This document shows, in pieces, positions 43,007 through 55,880 of a stretch of DNA of 64,000 bases. The DNA comes from Neophaeotheca triangularis (taxonomy: Eukaryota): positions 1 through 64,000 of the forward strand of contig BAAIJX010000076.1 in the NCBI GenBank assembly GCA_054600435.1, given 5' to 3'. The notes below the pieces were generated by a model that worked only from the letters and a program-made list of their open reading frames with translations, was not told where the DNA came from and ran no database searches. A program made the position numbers and the translations under genes. How positions within the stretch are numbered: the stretch's first letter is position 1; the number at the start of each line of letters is the position of its first letter.

Positions 43007-44728
43007 ATGCCCATGCATTACGCCATGCGCTGGTGGTCGGGCGTACCGATTCCCATTCGCCTCAGCCTGGGACTCCTCGACTTATTCCTAATCTACCGTG
43101 TATTTTCATGGCCTGCACAGGACGCCGAATCGATGACCTTGCGCTTTTCCACCAGGCTTCTCTTCAACTTTCTGCTCTTCCTAGCAGTCTGCCAGCTGTA
43201 CTTTGAGCTCGGAATCTACCGATTCAGATGGCTCATGTCGCGAGAATGCGCACCGCCGCCAGCTTACCCGCAAAAGGACCCCATCTTTGGAATCGACCTC
43301 TTTCGTCGAGATTTGAAGGCACTTAAGGAGCGCAGGTTTCTGGCACAGATCCAAGAACGCTTTCAAACGATGAAGGCGAACACTTTCACAGCCACGGCGC
43401 TGGGTAGAAAATCGATCATAACTATCGAACCCGAAAACCTCAAGGTCATTCAAGCCAAAGACCACAAGAAGTGGAGCTTGGGCACCAGACGCAAGATCGC
43501 CTTTCAGCCATTGCTCGGTAAAGGTACGTTCGAGTGAGAGATTCGGGTCAGGCACTACGCACTATGCTAATCGGTTTTTACAGGCATCTTCACCACCGAC
43601 GGCGCGGAATGGCACCACTCGAGGGAGATGCTTCGTCCAAACTTCACCCGCACACAAGTCGGAGATCTCCCAACTTTCGAACGCCATGTAGCGCACCTGA
43701 TTAGCGCTGTGCCCCGAGACGGCAGCACCGTCGACCTCTCGGAGCTCTTCTTCCGACTGACCATCGACAGTGCGACTGAATTCCTGTTCGGCTCCTCTAC
43801 AGAATCTCTCACAAAAGGATCCTCCGCAGGCTTCGCAGAAGCCTTCACCACGAGCCAAGACCACATTGCCAACATGAGTCGATGGGGCAAAGTCGCAGCC
43901 CTCTTCCCTACCGACCCAAACTTCGACAAGAACGTCAAATTTGTACACGACTTCGTGGACTACTACGTCGACCAAACCCTCGCAAGACGACCCGAGCTAC
44001 TAGTGGAAAAATCCAACGCCGACAAAAAGGGCCGCTACGTCTTCATGGAAGAAATGGTCCGCCAGACCGACGACCGCATCCGCATCCGCTCCGAATGCCT
44101 CAACATCCTACTCGCCGGCCGCGACACCACCGCTTCCCTCCTTACAAACACTTTCTCCGTCCTCTCCAAGCGTCCAGACATCTGGCAACGCTTGCAAGAC
44201 GAACTCGCTCCTCTCTGCGGCGACGCCCCCTCCTTCGATCAACTCAAAGACCTCAAATACCTCCGCGCCATCCTCAACGAATCCCTCCGCCTGCACCCCG
44301 TCGTGCCTGTGAACTCCCGCGAAGCTCTCGAGGACACGACTCTCCCGCGTGGCGGCGGCCCGGACGGCACCGAACCCATCTTTGTCCCCCAAGGCCGCGT
44401 CGTGGGCTGGAGCCCCTACGTCATGCACCGACGCAAAGACTTCTACGGCGCCGACGCCGAGGACTTCAAGCCGGAGCGCTGGCTCGACGACCCGGCTACT
44501 GGGAAGAAAGGCTTGCGGCCTGGCTGGGAGTATTTGCCTTTCAACGGCGGTGCGAGGATATGTCTGGGTCAGCAGTTTGCGCTGAACGAGGCGAGTTACA
44601 CTGCTACGAGGATCTGTCAGGCGTTTGCGGGCATCGAGAGTAGAGATCCGAATCCTTGGGAGGAGGGCTTGACGCTGACGTGCGTGAATCTGCATGGCGC
44701 CAAGGTTGCGCTTACAGAGAGGTCGTGA
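43007..44728 (+). CDS. Cytochrome P450, CYP52-clan alkane/fatty-acid hydroxylase-like; intron 43524-43583
   Basis: LLGK|GIFTTDG, LAGRDTT, ESLR, PERW and heme motif FNGGARICLGQQFA. Confidence 0.93.
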
Positions 44729-45255
44729 GAAGGTCGACTGCGATTTTTATTGAGGTTGCAACTTGTGTGTGGGTGCGTGCCATGTTTGGATTCGGGGTAG
44801 AATGAATTGTAATGATTTAATTTCGCTTTCATTATGGACTTGCTCACTCGATACCCGCTTTCACTACTGATACTAGATCTAATCATTGTCTGGAACTATG
44901 TACGCCGCTCCGTGATCGCTGAGAAGTTGGAGCTGAAGCTATCGGCACTGTCCTTGATGGCCGACGATGCAGAAAGCCAGCCGGGTGGTCGCTTGATCGC
45001 AACTGCGGAACAAGTAAGACGAACGAGAGAAGGCCATAAGCTCCGTCAAAGTCAGTCGACAAGCGTTTTGGCGCTTCTCTTAAGCTTGCACTGTGCGTGG
45101 CTGCCTGTTACAGCCCACTGTTGCGAGGTCCTGCAAGCTCACAAAGAGGTCGAAGCATCTGAAGTCACAGAATTGTTGCCGTGTAGAATCCGCCGAACAG
45201 TATAGCAAGACGACACCTTGGCAAAAAGCTAAAGCCAAGCCCCAGCAACCACCGC

Positions 45256-47504
45256 CTATTTGCGGTTCAAGCCAACGAGCGCCTCCCAAAGCGCGACATC
45301 CGTCTCGCCCTCCGGCGGCGCTGGCTTCGAACCTTTCGTGTACCCATCAAAAGGCAAACGATCCGGCTCGCAAAGCTTGACCGGCACGCCATGCTTGGTG
45401 GACTCGTTGGGAAGAGTACCATTCTGGAAATACGCCCTGATGCTTCTGCCCGAACACATGGAGATGGAAGCTAGAGTGCAATGACCCTCGGAGTTTTGGT
45501 GGAGTATCGCTGCTCCCTCGAAACCTTTGGCCATGGTGAAGGCGTTTTGGAGCGGTGTGACGGGGTCGATGGTGTTGCCGGCGAACATGACGGGGTGGGC
45601 TGTCTTGTTTGCAAAATTGCCGTCGTAGCGCCAGGCGGGGCGTACGTCCCAGGCTGTGCAAGGTAGTTGGATTTCCGCCCAGAGATGCCCGATTAGTTGG
45701 CTTTGGGAGGCGAGTTTGTCGGCGTATCTGCGATACTCGTCTTTCGTCTGGTTTGTGCGTGGTTGACCGTCGGTACACACGATGGCCGTGTTGGCGTTCC
45801 ACATCATGCCCGAAGAGGTGTCGAAGCAGGAAGGACTGAAAGGGCCATCTTCCTTGCACTTGTCGGACACGGGCTTCCCCAGCCCTTTCGGAAGTCGCTC
45901 GGTCTTCCATTCGGCTAGTGTAGTCCCGTTGCCTTGGCTGAGCTCGTGCAGTATTTGTGCTGTCTTGGGGAAGTTTGGAAGAGGGGCGTACACGATTTCG
46001 CCGATATAAGACTGCAGATCGTCAAACGTTGCAACTTGAGGGCCATGAGTGGCATTACCAGGGACCTCGATTGGGTTGGACCTTAGCTCTGATATAGTAT
46101 CTTGAATATGTGCCGCGATGAAAGCTGGGCCGTCTTCGTGCCAGACCGCACAGTTCTCTTTGCCGCCTTCGTAGCAGTACTCCATCAATTTCACGAACGT
46201 GAGGTCAGTATCCACGAGATTTGTAGTCCATCCTATTGATGGTCAGCACGTGATGTTGATCATAGGGTGGGTCGCTGTACCTCCAGCCATGTAGTCGTGG
46301 CTATCGGCGACACCGTCCAGTAAAGCTCGGCTGATGCGTTCCGGATACATAGCGGCCAGCGTGGCACCAAGTATCGTACCGTAGGAGAATCCCCAATACT
46401 GGATCATCTCCTGTCCAGGGGCATACTTTGTGCGTTCTCGAATACCTGATTGGAGACGCCATGTGTGTGCGTCCGCGATTTTCCGACCCACCAGCAATCT
46501 GTCTGCAGCAGTTTCCATCAAACGTTCAGCTTCGGCTTGTCGCCACTGCCCGTGACGCTCGAATATCTCGACGACATCCCGGGCCACGGCGGCAGTAGAG
46601 ACATGCTTCGCTATGCCCTGGAGGGTTCTCTATCAGCAAAAGGCCCCGGTAAATCTACTGATCCGCGAGGGTCCAGAAGTGCTTTGCCCTACTTGCCTCC
46701 TTTTTCAGACGCTCGGAACACCCTCGAGCAAGCGCTCTTTTCGAAGCCCACAAATAGTCGAAGCTGGTGTCCGAGCTACCTATGTAACCGTGTCCAGCCG
46801 ACTCGAGGTCCCACGCTGCGGCAGCATGTTGATCTGGGAAGCAAGTCACCATTGGGCTAGTATTGTTAATGCCTCGAGGATCGAAGCCAATGATGTCAAA
46901 GTTCTGTTTACCCATCAGTAAATACTCCGGGGCCGAATCCCCGTATACATACCTTCGCAGTCTCTGAGTTTGCGTTGGGGCCAGCAGACAGCACAGTGCG
47001 GAAATTCAACCCATCGCGAAGTACCTGGCCTACACCCGAGCCTCCTGGACCACCTATGAGCATGACCTGTCAACAGCAATTCCCCCAGTAGTACAAAGGC
47101 CACAGAAGCAGCCGGGAAACACCATGAAAGCGCTCTCATACCTGGGTTGAAGACCACGGCTCCTCCATACGTAGGATCAGTGACAGGCACGGTAGCTTCG
47201 AGCTTGACTACTGCAATCTCAACATTTTTTTCTGCCTCAGGCGTGGTACCCTGCCAGTCCATCGGCACCTGCAGGCGAGCGCACTTGAAAGCTTCGAAGC
47301 ATGGCTGCCAGACAAAGTAGCTTTGAGGAGTGACCTGGTCGCCGAGTAAGCTGCGCTCGGAGTGGTACGCACGCACACGTGGCTTACATTGTCCCAAGTA
47401 AACTCCTCTGCCGCCTTCTCTAGAGAAAGTCTCGTGAGAGGGACTTGGTATTGAAACCATGATGAGACTTGTAGATAGGCAGTGCTCAAGCGCTTTGCTG
47501 CCAT
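45256..47504 (-). CDS. TAP-like alpha/beta hydrolase (peptidase S33-like); introns 47335-47387, 47054-47141, 46904-46952, 46618-46696 (GC-AG), 46233-46280
   Basis: CARLQVPMDW, NPGGPGGSG, GFDPRG, YWGFSYG (nucleophile), DPVTP and EGHC; all six exons join in frame. The start could be at 47612 (see findings). Confidence 0.88.
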
Positions 47505-48023
47505 AGTGTTCGATGCAGATGATAGAAAATGCCTACCTATGATGGTGAGCTATGTATGAAATGATGCTAACGTCGCCAAACGGAGGATTCGACAAGACAA
47601 AACAAAACGCATCTTGTTGTTTATCTTTCAATTATGCAGCCGGTGCCTTCTTCGAGTCGCCTGCCTGTTGCGGCTAGAGTAAGTTAGAGCGGCATTCGGA
47701 GCTCGGGATTAAATGCGAGCGCCACCAAGCTTCGTTGGACCTCACCTCGTCCATCAAGGAGTCTCTGCCGCCGGCAAATCGAAAGGTATAACATCTTCTT
47801 TAGGTTGAGCAAGATGCTGAAAATACTCGAATGATAGAGATTGCGCAACAATGGCTATCTGCCGATCCAACGCCCAATTGCAGCGCAGCAAAAACACCAC
47901 AAAGAAATCTCCACCCTGTCAAATATCCAGGACCCCTTTGTCAACTCAAAGACTCCCTCTCCTGGTCTGTTCCCTGATATCACATTCGCTCCATTGCGCC
48001 GCTTTCCATCGCTCGACCATTCC

Positions 48024-48974
48024 TTATTCCTCGTCGTCCGAGCTCTCGCTCACCCAGCCCCTGACTCGGTCCCAGCCTGGGTACCTTGACCTTTTGTCCT
48101 CACCATAAAGAATCTTGTGCGTGATGACGTTCTCCTCGCTGAGTCCCTCATACGGGTTGCCGAGGATGGCCAGATCGTACGTGGCGAGTGGGTCAGTGGA
48201 GATGCCGTACTGGCGTCGGAGCGTCTCGTAGACGGCGGCGGTCCTCTGTGGGCTCACAAGATCCGCACGAGCGCGTGAAAACGCCTCTGGGGGTGACTCG
48301 AGCGCGAAGAGGGTCCATGTTACCGTGCTTGCGTCGCGGTCCATGAGGCGGTGAATCAAAGATGTGTCTGAACCTCGTGCGGGAGAGAAGGGAAAGGTCG
48401 ACCATTCACGGGCGAGCCTTTTGATCCATGCAACAGCTTCCAGGTAGACCTCGTGGAGGGGGCGGCCTGAACGGTTAACGACCTCTTCGAGCAGGACGAC
48501 GACGCCCTCGGCGATCACGTAGTCGGTCTCGTCTGCACCGATCATGGCTTTGTCGATCACGCCCCAGAGTTGTGTGCGTAGAAAGACCGACACAGCGCCG
48601 AAGCGGATACGCTTGATGCAAGATGAGTGTTGGGGCGTGCCAATCTCCCTATAAACGTTCATCATAGGGTCCTCCTTTATCTTCATCCCAATGCCTTCGA
48701 TCAGGTCATCTGACACGAGCGCCGAAAGGGCGGAACCGATCTCGCGCCGAAGGCTGGCTTTGGAGCTGGTTGGGTACCTTTTGCGCAGAGCCTTGTCGAC
48801 GCGGCACAGAGCTGGAAGTAGAGTCTCGTCGATCTCGTACGGCGCGTCGAGTGGGACGTGAAAGTGCTTCCAGGGCTCCTCGAGCCGGGAGAACGTGAAG
48901 GGCGCATATCGAGGTAGGTAGCTCAGCTCTGAGTCCGAGTCTGGGTCGGTGGGGTCGATGGTTTCGTCGCGCAT
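48024..48974 (-). CDS. Hypothetical protein (~316 aa)
   Basis: Long ORF with coding-like codon usage from ATG 48974; no domain recognised. Confidence 0.65.
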   Translation of the reverse strand: MRDETIDPTDPDSDSELSYLPRYAPFTFSRLEEPWKHFHVPLDAPYEIDETLLPALCRVDKALRKRYPTSSKASLRREIGSALSALVSDDLIEGIGMKIKEDPMMNVYREIGTPQHSSCIKRIRFGAVSVFLRTQLWGVIDKAMIGADETDYVIAEGVVVLLEEVVNRSGRPLHEVYLEAVAWIKRLAREWSTFPFSPARGSDTSLIHRLMDRDASTVTWTLFALESPPEAFSRARADLVSPQRTAAVYETLRRQYGISTDPLATYDLAILGNPYEGLSEENVITHKILYGEDKRSRYPGWDRVRGWVSESSDDEE

Positions 48975-50001
48975 GGTCTGAGTATTGAGTGTTGGTTTGC
49001 TGAACGCGTAGTCTGTAGCAAGTTCGCAGCACAAGCAAGATACTAACCCGTGCTCTGGTTTTAGAGAGGTTTGAGGCGCGTGTAGGTTCAGAGGTAGACG
49101 GGGTATGGAGCTCGAGGAACTCAAAGCTTTTGCTGTAGGGGGCCCCTGCGTTGTACTTTCACTTTCAATTCTTGGCGTTCGAGACTTCGAGTTTTGCTTC
49201 CTTGATCAAAATATCACCCTATCTCATGCATTGTTTATCGAAAGAACAGTATAAAAAGGTCAGCGGACTGTAGTATAGCTTCTAGAAGACGTAGAGATAG
49301 CTCCTCATTGCGGTATCACCCCTGTAGCTCGCCCAAAAAGTGTATTGCAGTCCACAGAAGCTACAAGCTGGTATGATCAAGAAGTCTAGTGAATCCAAAA
49401 CCCTTCCATACATAGCTTTTGCTTGGTTTCAAAGAAGGTGGAGCATTCACAGCAACAACGGTGTTTGTCCGTTAGTATGCCGAACAAGTTCAAGCAGGCT
49501 CAACTTCCTTTCATCCAGGATTTAGGGAGCAATCAAGAAGGACAACAGAACATAGGCATATCAAAGCGTTTTGGCACAGCAAAGAGTGTGTACAGACTGA
49601 TAAATACGTGTTGCTGTCGTTCATGCCGGCCGCTCTGATCTAATGTCCTATCATCGTATATACTCAATCAAAAGTACACACTATAAACAGACTCCCGCTC
49701 GTGGTGAATGGGGTTTTTGGGGATTCACGTCGTTGCTCGATCAGGCAGGTTTCTGCCTTACCCGCTAGGGCTTTCACTTTGAACACAACCCAAGGCTCCC
49801 AACTCTTTTCAGACCTTCGACTTTCTCCAGAACCTCCTCCTTTGACGACAACAACAACCACTCTTCTCCAACCGCTCTTCTCCAACAACAAGAACAACAG
49901 AATCTGCTGTTACTCACGGACCATCATCAACGTCAACGCAGTCAGTTCTCTAGATATCTTCACGAACCGAAACCAAACCCGACTCCACACCTTCTTTCAC
50001 C

Positions 50002-50769
50002 ATGCCCATGCAACCAAACTACCCCATGAGCATGGCCGTGCGCAACACCATGGCAACGCACAGACAGAACATGGGGGCACCCAACAACCGCAAGTACATG
50101 GAGGAAAGCTACGGCACCCAATTCCTCAACACTCACGTGGCGGGATGGCGCGAGCCCCTGGAGACAACCGAGCTTCCGTCCACCATGGTGATTGCCGGTC
50201 CTTCGCAGAGCACGGATATTACGGACAGCGACGAGGAGGAGCAGCTAGAAGACGACGACGGAGACGGTAAGCCAAGTTCATGATTGTTGTCTACTTTCAC
50301 CGATTTAGTATTTACTGACCTTTTCACAGTTGACGAAGATTACGATCCCGCTCCGGAGCGCTCTACCCATAAAAGAGCCACCAAAAAGCCTACGCCAGCT
50401 ACCAATTCTTCCAAGAAGGGTAAAGGCAAGCAGCCACGCCGCCGCCCAGGTGATGACGAAGACGACGAGGATCACGCTCCATCGTCAAGGAGCGGCGCCA
50501 TGAACAACCCTGCGGCGGCGGAGAACCTCAACGCCGCCAGTTGGGACGACTACGAGAAGCTCGTGGCGCTGCAAGTCCTACGGGACAATTCCTCGAAGAC
50601 CGGCCAGCAACGGGCTGCGATCTTCAACGCGGCGATTGCTGGGACCACACGGCCAGACGGTACGACCAGGGGGCAACGGTCGTACCAGAGCTACCGGCAG
50701 TGCGTGAAGAAGCTTGGACGGAAGGGGGTGACAGTGGAGAGTCTGGCGGAGGAGGAGGAGGAGGGCTGA
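50002..50769 (+). CDS. Hypothetical protein with C-terminal divergent Myb/SANT-like domain; intron 50267-50329
   Basis: GTAAGC...CTGAC...CAG joins the two ORFs in frame. C-terminus ASWDDYEK...IFNAAI...RGQRSYQSYRQ. Confidence 0.7.
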
Positions 50770-51169
50770 GGCTGGCAGAGCGGATAGCGAGATTTCGCCG
50801 GAAGGTTGGAACATTGCTCCTTTCACGCTATAGCTTGTACCCAAGATACTTGAACTAGATACCCTTCTGTTTTTACCAGTGTCCTTCGACTAAGACACCT
50901 AGCTCATCTCCGGCCTCTTTTGTAGACTCCAGTGTGTGTTTTTAGAGACGTGATACTATTTGTGATACTCATTTGATACTCATTCGTTGAGATTATATCC
51001 GTCTTTCTATAGTCAACAAAGATGTTGCCAGGCCTTGAAAGGATCCAAAGCGAGCAACCTACCCTTTGGAGGCAGCAGGCTTCAACCTACCGACGGCCAC
51101 GTAATTGATCCAGCAACCTCTTCGCATTTTGAGGACTCAGGAGTACGCAAGTTTGGCTCTACAGAGTAG

Positions 51170-51427
51170 TCCATCCCTACCTACGAGGCTGTTCGCCAGC
51201 TCTTCGACGTGACTCGGCTCAAAGGTGAGCATGATCTGTTCTCTCGACTCACTCACTACGCAACAGTCGAAGATGAGCATGGCGATGTGGAATTGAGTAT
51301 CGATTGGACGCCTGGTGGGCACGGTGCGGAGGGTAACGTCACGTTCATCGGCCGGGAAATGAAGAGAGTGGACAGCAGGCTGCCGCTGGAAACATCGTCA
51401 ACTACGAGGAGGAAAGGGAGGAGGTAG
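51170..51427 (+). pseudogene. Truncated paralogue of the C-terminus of gene 51975-53185
   Basis: TYEAVRQLFD...LFSRLTHYA...LSIDW...NVTFI aligns without gaps to TYEAVRQHFD...MFTRLERYA...LSIGW...NVSFV. In-frame TAG at 51167-51169 and no start codon. Confidence 0.75.
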
Positions 51428-51974
51428 CGGAAAACCAAGAGGATGGCGGGGTCGAGGTCGACGTTGGTAAGACAAATTGAGACGCCGAAGGTGTGCCGCA
51501 GATCGGAGTAGTCTGACGGCCAAGCGTTGGAAGGATCTTTGAGACTTTTGACGATAGAGGTAGATACTAGACAATCGAGCTAGCTAAAGTAGTCGTCCGA
51601 ATGAACGATGGCGTATGAGTCGGTATGATATTCTCTTCAATGAGGCCCCCCCGTCAGTATCTGTTGAATTGTGGTATAGTCCTGTATAATCTGCTCGGTT
51701 CCATTAGCAATATTGATAATGTGTCGTGGATCGTAAGACTGGCCAAGGAAGGGTAAACGCTTTGTATGCCTGAGGTGTTTTAAGCGGTTTGAAAGCCTAG
51801 CTTCTAGCCTTCTACCTTCGACTTTACTAAAAACTCCCGTCAACTAACACCTGACACTTTGATACTACCGTGTTGCGACTTTCCAATGCAACACGACAAC
51901 AACGACATATACCTCTATCAACTTTACAAGACTACGCTTTGAACATCAGGACAGATACACAGCACGACGCATTC

Positions 51975-53185
51975 ATGAGCCGCCCGGTAGACAATATGTC
52001 GGAGCCAGTGTCATCTTCCGAGACTGCCTTGGATAAGAACGTTCGCAAAGAGAAGGTGAGCACATGCGTGGGTAAGTTCCGCAGGGTTTCCGTAATGCTG
52101 ACAAGGTCCAGGCCTTTACGGATGTCAGCACGCAGGCATTGTCCGAGTGCAACTCCGGGCCACAGGAATCCCCTGTCGCTCAACGCTTGAATGCCAACCT
52201 CCACGCCGTGCTCACCACCCATGGAAACACCGCCTCGACCCAGCGCAAAGTTCTTCGTGCGCTGCGCGGAGCTTTGAGGTCTTGGCAATATGCGTACGAT
52301 GTCAGAATGGTGCGATCACAAGACGAGCTCGACCCGGCCGGTTTGATCCTAGCTGCACTCCATCGAGGAGACCCGAAGCACCTCGGAAAAGGCCACGCCG
52401 AGTACGAAGCCACGCGCTGCCTCACAAATATCCTGTGGGATGCTGAGCTCGTGACCTTTGCACTGGTGGACAAGATCCAGGAGGAAGGCGCTCGCTTCTA
52501 CATCAACTTGCGTGAGACTTACCAGAAAGAGAAAGATGTGGCCCTCATGGACGATGACAGCGGTATAGAGGAGGAAGAAATCGGTCCAGTTATTCGCCAT
52601 GACAGCGGCCCTTCTAATTCCACGGAGGCAAGCAAGACAACGTCAGAGGATTCTGCTGCAAACTCTTCCTCGCCACATGCCCCTATCCCGCTCCCACGCA
52701 TACTCAACGTAGGCGAAGAGAATACCACGGAAGAGAAGGGTCTCGGAAGGGGCAACTGGGGAGATCGCGGCGAGGTGTTCCCCTGGCTAGAAGCGGAAGA
52801 GACGTTCTGCTTGGAGCTCATCGTTGCCCACCCAGCTCTTGTGCGTGGTGGAAAGACTGATAAAGAGTGTCTCTGGAAAGCGGTCAACAAGCGTTTCAGA
52901 GATATTCAGTACACCAGCCCCGTCACCGGCGTCACCATTGTCCGCAAAGACAGGACGTACGAAGCGGTCCGTCAGCATTTCGACAGGCTGTTCTTGGAGG
53001 GCGCCAATGGCATGTTCACCCGTCTTGAGCGTTACGCCGATGTGGCTGATACTGCAGGTAATACCGGCCTCTCGATCGGTTGGTCTGCAGCGGCGAGGTC
53101 GGCAGGGGTCAATGTCAGCTTTGTTCGCAGTAACGGGGACGCCGTTGCTTCTCCGGAGCATGACGAGGCTGATTTCGAAGACTGA
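51975..53185 (+). CDS. Hypothetical protein with Myb/SANT-like domain; intron 52056-52111
   Basis: GTGAGC...GCTGAC...CAG joins in frame. FPWLEAEE...LWKAVNKRF...RKDRTYEAVRQHF. Confidence 0.75.
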
Positions 53186-54677
53186 TATGGATGTACTTGG
53201 ATAACACAGAGCCTAGGAGTAGTGACTGTCTTTCCGATTCAAGGACAGTGGGGTCCTGCTGAGCTCAAAAATCGAATATTCAGAGCAGATGCGCAGAAGA
53301 TCTGCGACGTCAGACATATTAGACTTTGCAAGACACAAAGCTACAGACCCGAGAGCGAATCCATCTCTGTAGAGTGATCCTGCTGTCGCAAAAGGGCCCT
53401 GGGATCAATGAAGGAAGGTAAAGGGAAATCACGGAAGCCGGAGATGGATGAAGGAAGAGATGAAGGAAGATGGAACGTTAAGTGGGACATGAAGTTCGTG
53501 AAGTCTTAAGGCCAAGCTTTGTGCACGGTCGCGAATGGGACACTAATAGCAACTCTATTCACACTTCAGCTTTACTTCAATGCTACCTTGCAGTATTACA
53601 CTTCTACTATACCTCTTGAATGTGACCAGTCCATGGCTGCTGTGATAATCGTGAATCCACGTTGTGTGCATGTTTTATACTTTTTTCTTCTCGTGGCTCC
53701 TAACTAGCCCACTAACAAATAGATCGAGCTATACACCCTTTCCGGAGAATGGTCCTTTGTCTAACTTACATTCGGAAACGCTAAACATGAGCAAGCGACC
53801 AACCAGATGCATGGTCTGTGAGAACGAAGTGTTCGATCATATTTAATACATAGGTCTGGTCTAGCAGATCCCTCGAAGCATGTCTCTGCTCACCAATGCG
53901 ATCCACACACCAAACGGCGTCAATTTACTTCGAATCCGTTACGGGTAGATGTCGATACCAACCTAGGATAGCCATTCAGGCATCGAAAATGCTGCTACGG
54001 GACCTTTGGCGCTCTCTAATGCTTTTCAAAATCATGCACTATATCATTGCATCCACGAAAACACTGCACGTGGTATCTCAGCTTAAACGTGCGAGAAGGC
54101 GTGTCTTGCTTAGTTGGTTAAGATATCGGTAGATATAAAGCGTTCCTCGACCAAGCATTGACCCGTCGAGTCGCTGGATAAAGGTTTCTCTCTGGCATAC
54201 TAGCGCAGAGCTTTGAACGAGCTGTCTAATGTGTGGGAGCCTGTGCCAACGAATCATGGAAACGGAGTAGTCTGACTCGAACATGGCGATGAATCCAAGT
54301 GGTTTTGTTTGGCATCGCGATTGACAGTGAACGCTTCGCTCTCATACTCGATACACGGTCAGAACATGTGGGGCTCTAAACCGTCCTTTCTCTTAAGCCG
54401 TTAACACAACATGTGACAATCAACTTACGGCTAGCGCCGGTCTCTATCGTGAATGCTGGATCAACTGTTCTTCCGCGTGAGGGGCGGGAGCGGCCCGCTT
54501 TGCTGTGCACGCGCCCTTCTAGAGTCTTCTCCATGACCTTCCCTTCACCCCTTCCGATTCTTTCGAGTTACAACGCTGTCGCACATCCAGTTCACAAAAG
54601 CGGCACTTCGCACGAAGCAGCAACAGAACAACGGAAGACAAACAGAACACTCTACAGGGGTGCTCGGGCCTGCTGAA

Positions 54678-55880
54678 ATGCCTTCCTCGAACTACTTCGA
54701 CGGCTTTGTCGAGCAAGAAGAGTCACTGTTCGTCTCTGATGACGAGGACGACAGGTACAGGCCCGCACAGTTGCAAGAGTGGATCGGAAGCAGAGAAATA
54801 GGGCCAAACAGAGGGACGGCGCCAAACAGAGAGGAAGAGAAGGAAAGTTCGCGTGAAGAAACTCCGGCTCCCCAGGCCAGACCTACGGTCATGGAACCGC
54901 ACGCAACTCACATCAGCGACGGCGAGGTATTCATACGCAGGGATCAAGTTGCTGGCTTCATGTATCCCAGCGGGACACTAGTCGCCAACACCGACGCCAG
55001 AGCGATGCTCCACCATGTCCGCGGTGGCCCGGAGTTCATTCACAACCACGGCAACCAACAACAACACCACGGAGCGCAATCCACTGATCGTCAGACTCTG
55101 CCACATTCATCGGCCCCAACCCCCACACCAACTCCGTCACAGGTCATTCTGCAGATGAACGAGCAAGCCTCTCCTCTAACGGCGGCGCAATCTTCCCCAC
55201 AGGCTCCCTCACAGACTTTCCCGCAAGCTCCCTCACAGACTCTACCGCAAGCTCCCTCACAGACTCTCCTGCAAGCTCCCTCACAGACTCTCCTGCAAGC
55301 TCCATCACAGACTCTCCCGCAAGCTACAGCACCCGCTTCGACGCGCGCTCGTGCAGCCAGACCCCGCAGGAACCTCTGGCGTCCAGAAGAAGACTTCTTC
55401 GCCATCATGGCAGCCAAGAGCTTCTCCCAACCTACAGGACCACGCAACATCAAACCTCTCTACGACAGCGTCATACTCGCCTACCTACCCAACCGTACGC
55501 CCCACGCCATCTATCAAGCCGCTTTCGAAAACTACCGTTCCGAGGGAAGGTTGGAGCAGACGGAGAACGGTCTGTGGATGATCGAGCGCGCAAAGAACGG
55601 CAGTATCTACGGCTTCCAGAAAGTGTTGACGTTCGCGAGGAAGTGGGCGGCTGCGTTGGAGAGACAGGCGTTGCGCGTGTCCTGGATGAGCGTTGAGCAG
55701 ATCGTCAAGGCTAGGCTCAAACACGTTACTCCTGATGATCGTGCGTGGGCTGGGGTAGTGGGAAGGACGATGACTGGCGGAGATGGAATTGTGTTGGTGG
55801 AAGAGGAGGAAGAGGAGGAAGAGAATGGGGGTCCTCCTGGGGTTGAAGGCTTGGATTTTGGTGAAATGGAAGAAGAGTAG
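54678..55880 (+). CDS. Hypothetical protein with Gln/Pro repeat and Myb/SANT-like domain
   Basis: 400-aa ORF containing RRNLWRPEED...LPNRTPHAIYQ, with acidic termini. Confidence 0.75.
   Translation: MPSSNYFDGFVEQEESLFVSDDEDDRYRPAQLQEWIGSREIGPNRGTAPNREEEKESSREETPAPQARPTVMEPHATHISDGEVFIRRDQVAGFMYPSGTLVANTDARAMLHHVRGGPEFIHNHGNQQQHHGAQSTDRQTLPHSSAPTPTPTPSQVILQMNEQASPLTAAQSSPQAPSQTFPQAPSQTLPQAPSQTLLQAPSQTLLQAPSQTLPQATAPASTRARAARPRRNLWRPEEDFFAIMAAKSFSQPTGPRNIKPLYDSVILAYLPNRTPHAIYQAAFENYRSEGRLEQTENGLWMIERAKNGSIYGFQKVLTFARKWAAALERQALRVSWMSVEQIVKARLKHVTPDDRAWAGVVGRTMTGGDGIVLVEEEEEEEENGGPPGVEGLDFGEMEEE
55200..55325 (+). repeat. 24-nt coding minisatellite x5 (QAPSQT[L/F][L/P])
   Basis: Units at 55200, 55224, 55248, 55272 and 55296; consensus CAAGCTCCCTCACAGACTCTCCTG. 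Confidence 0.92.
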
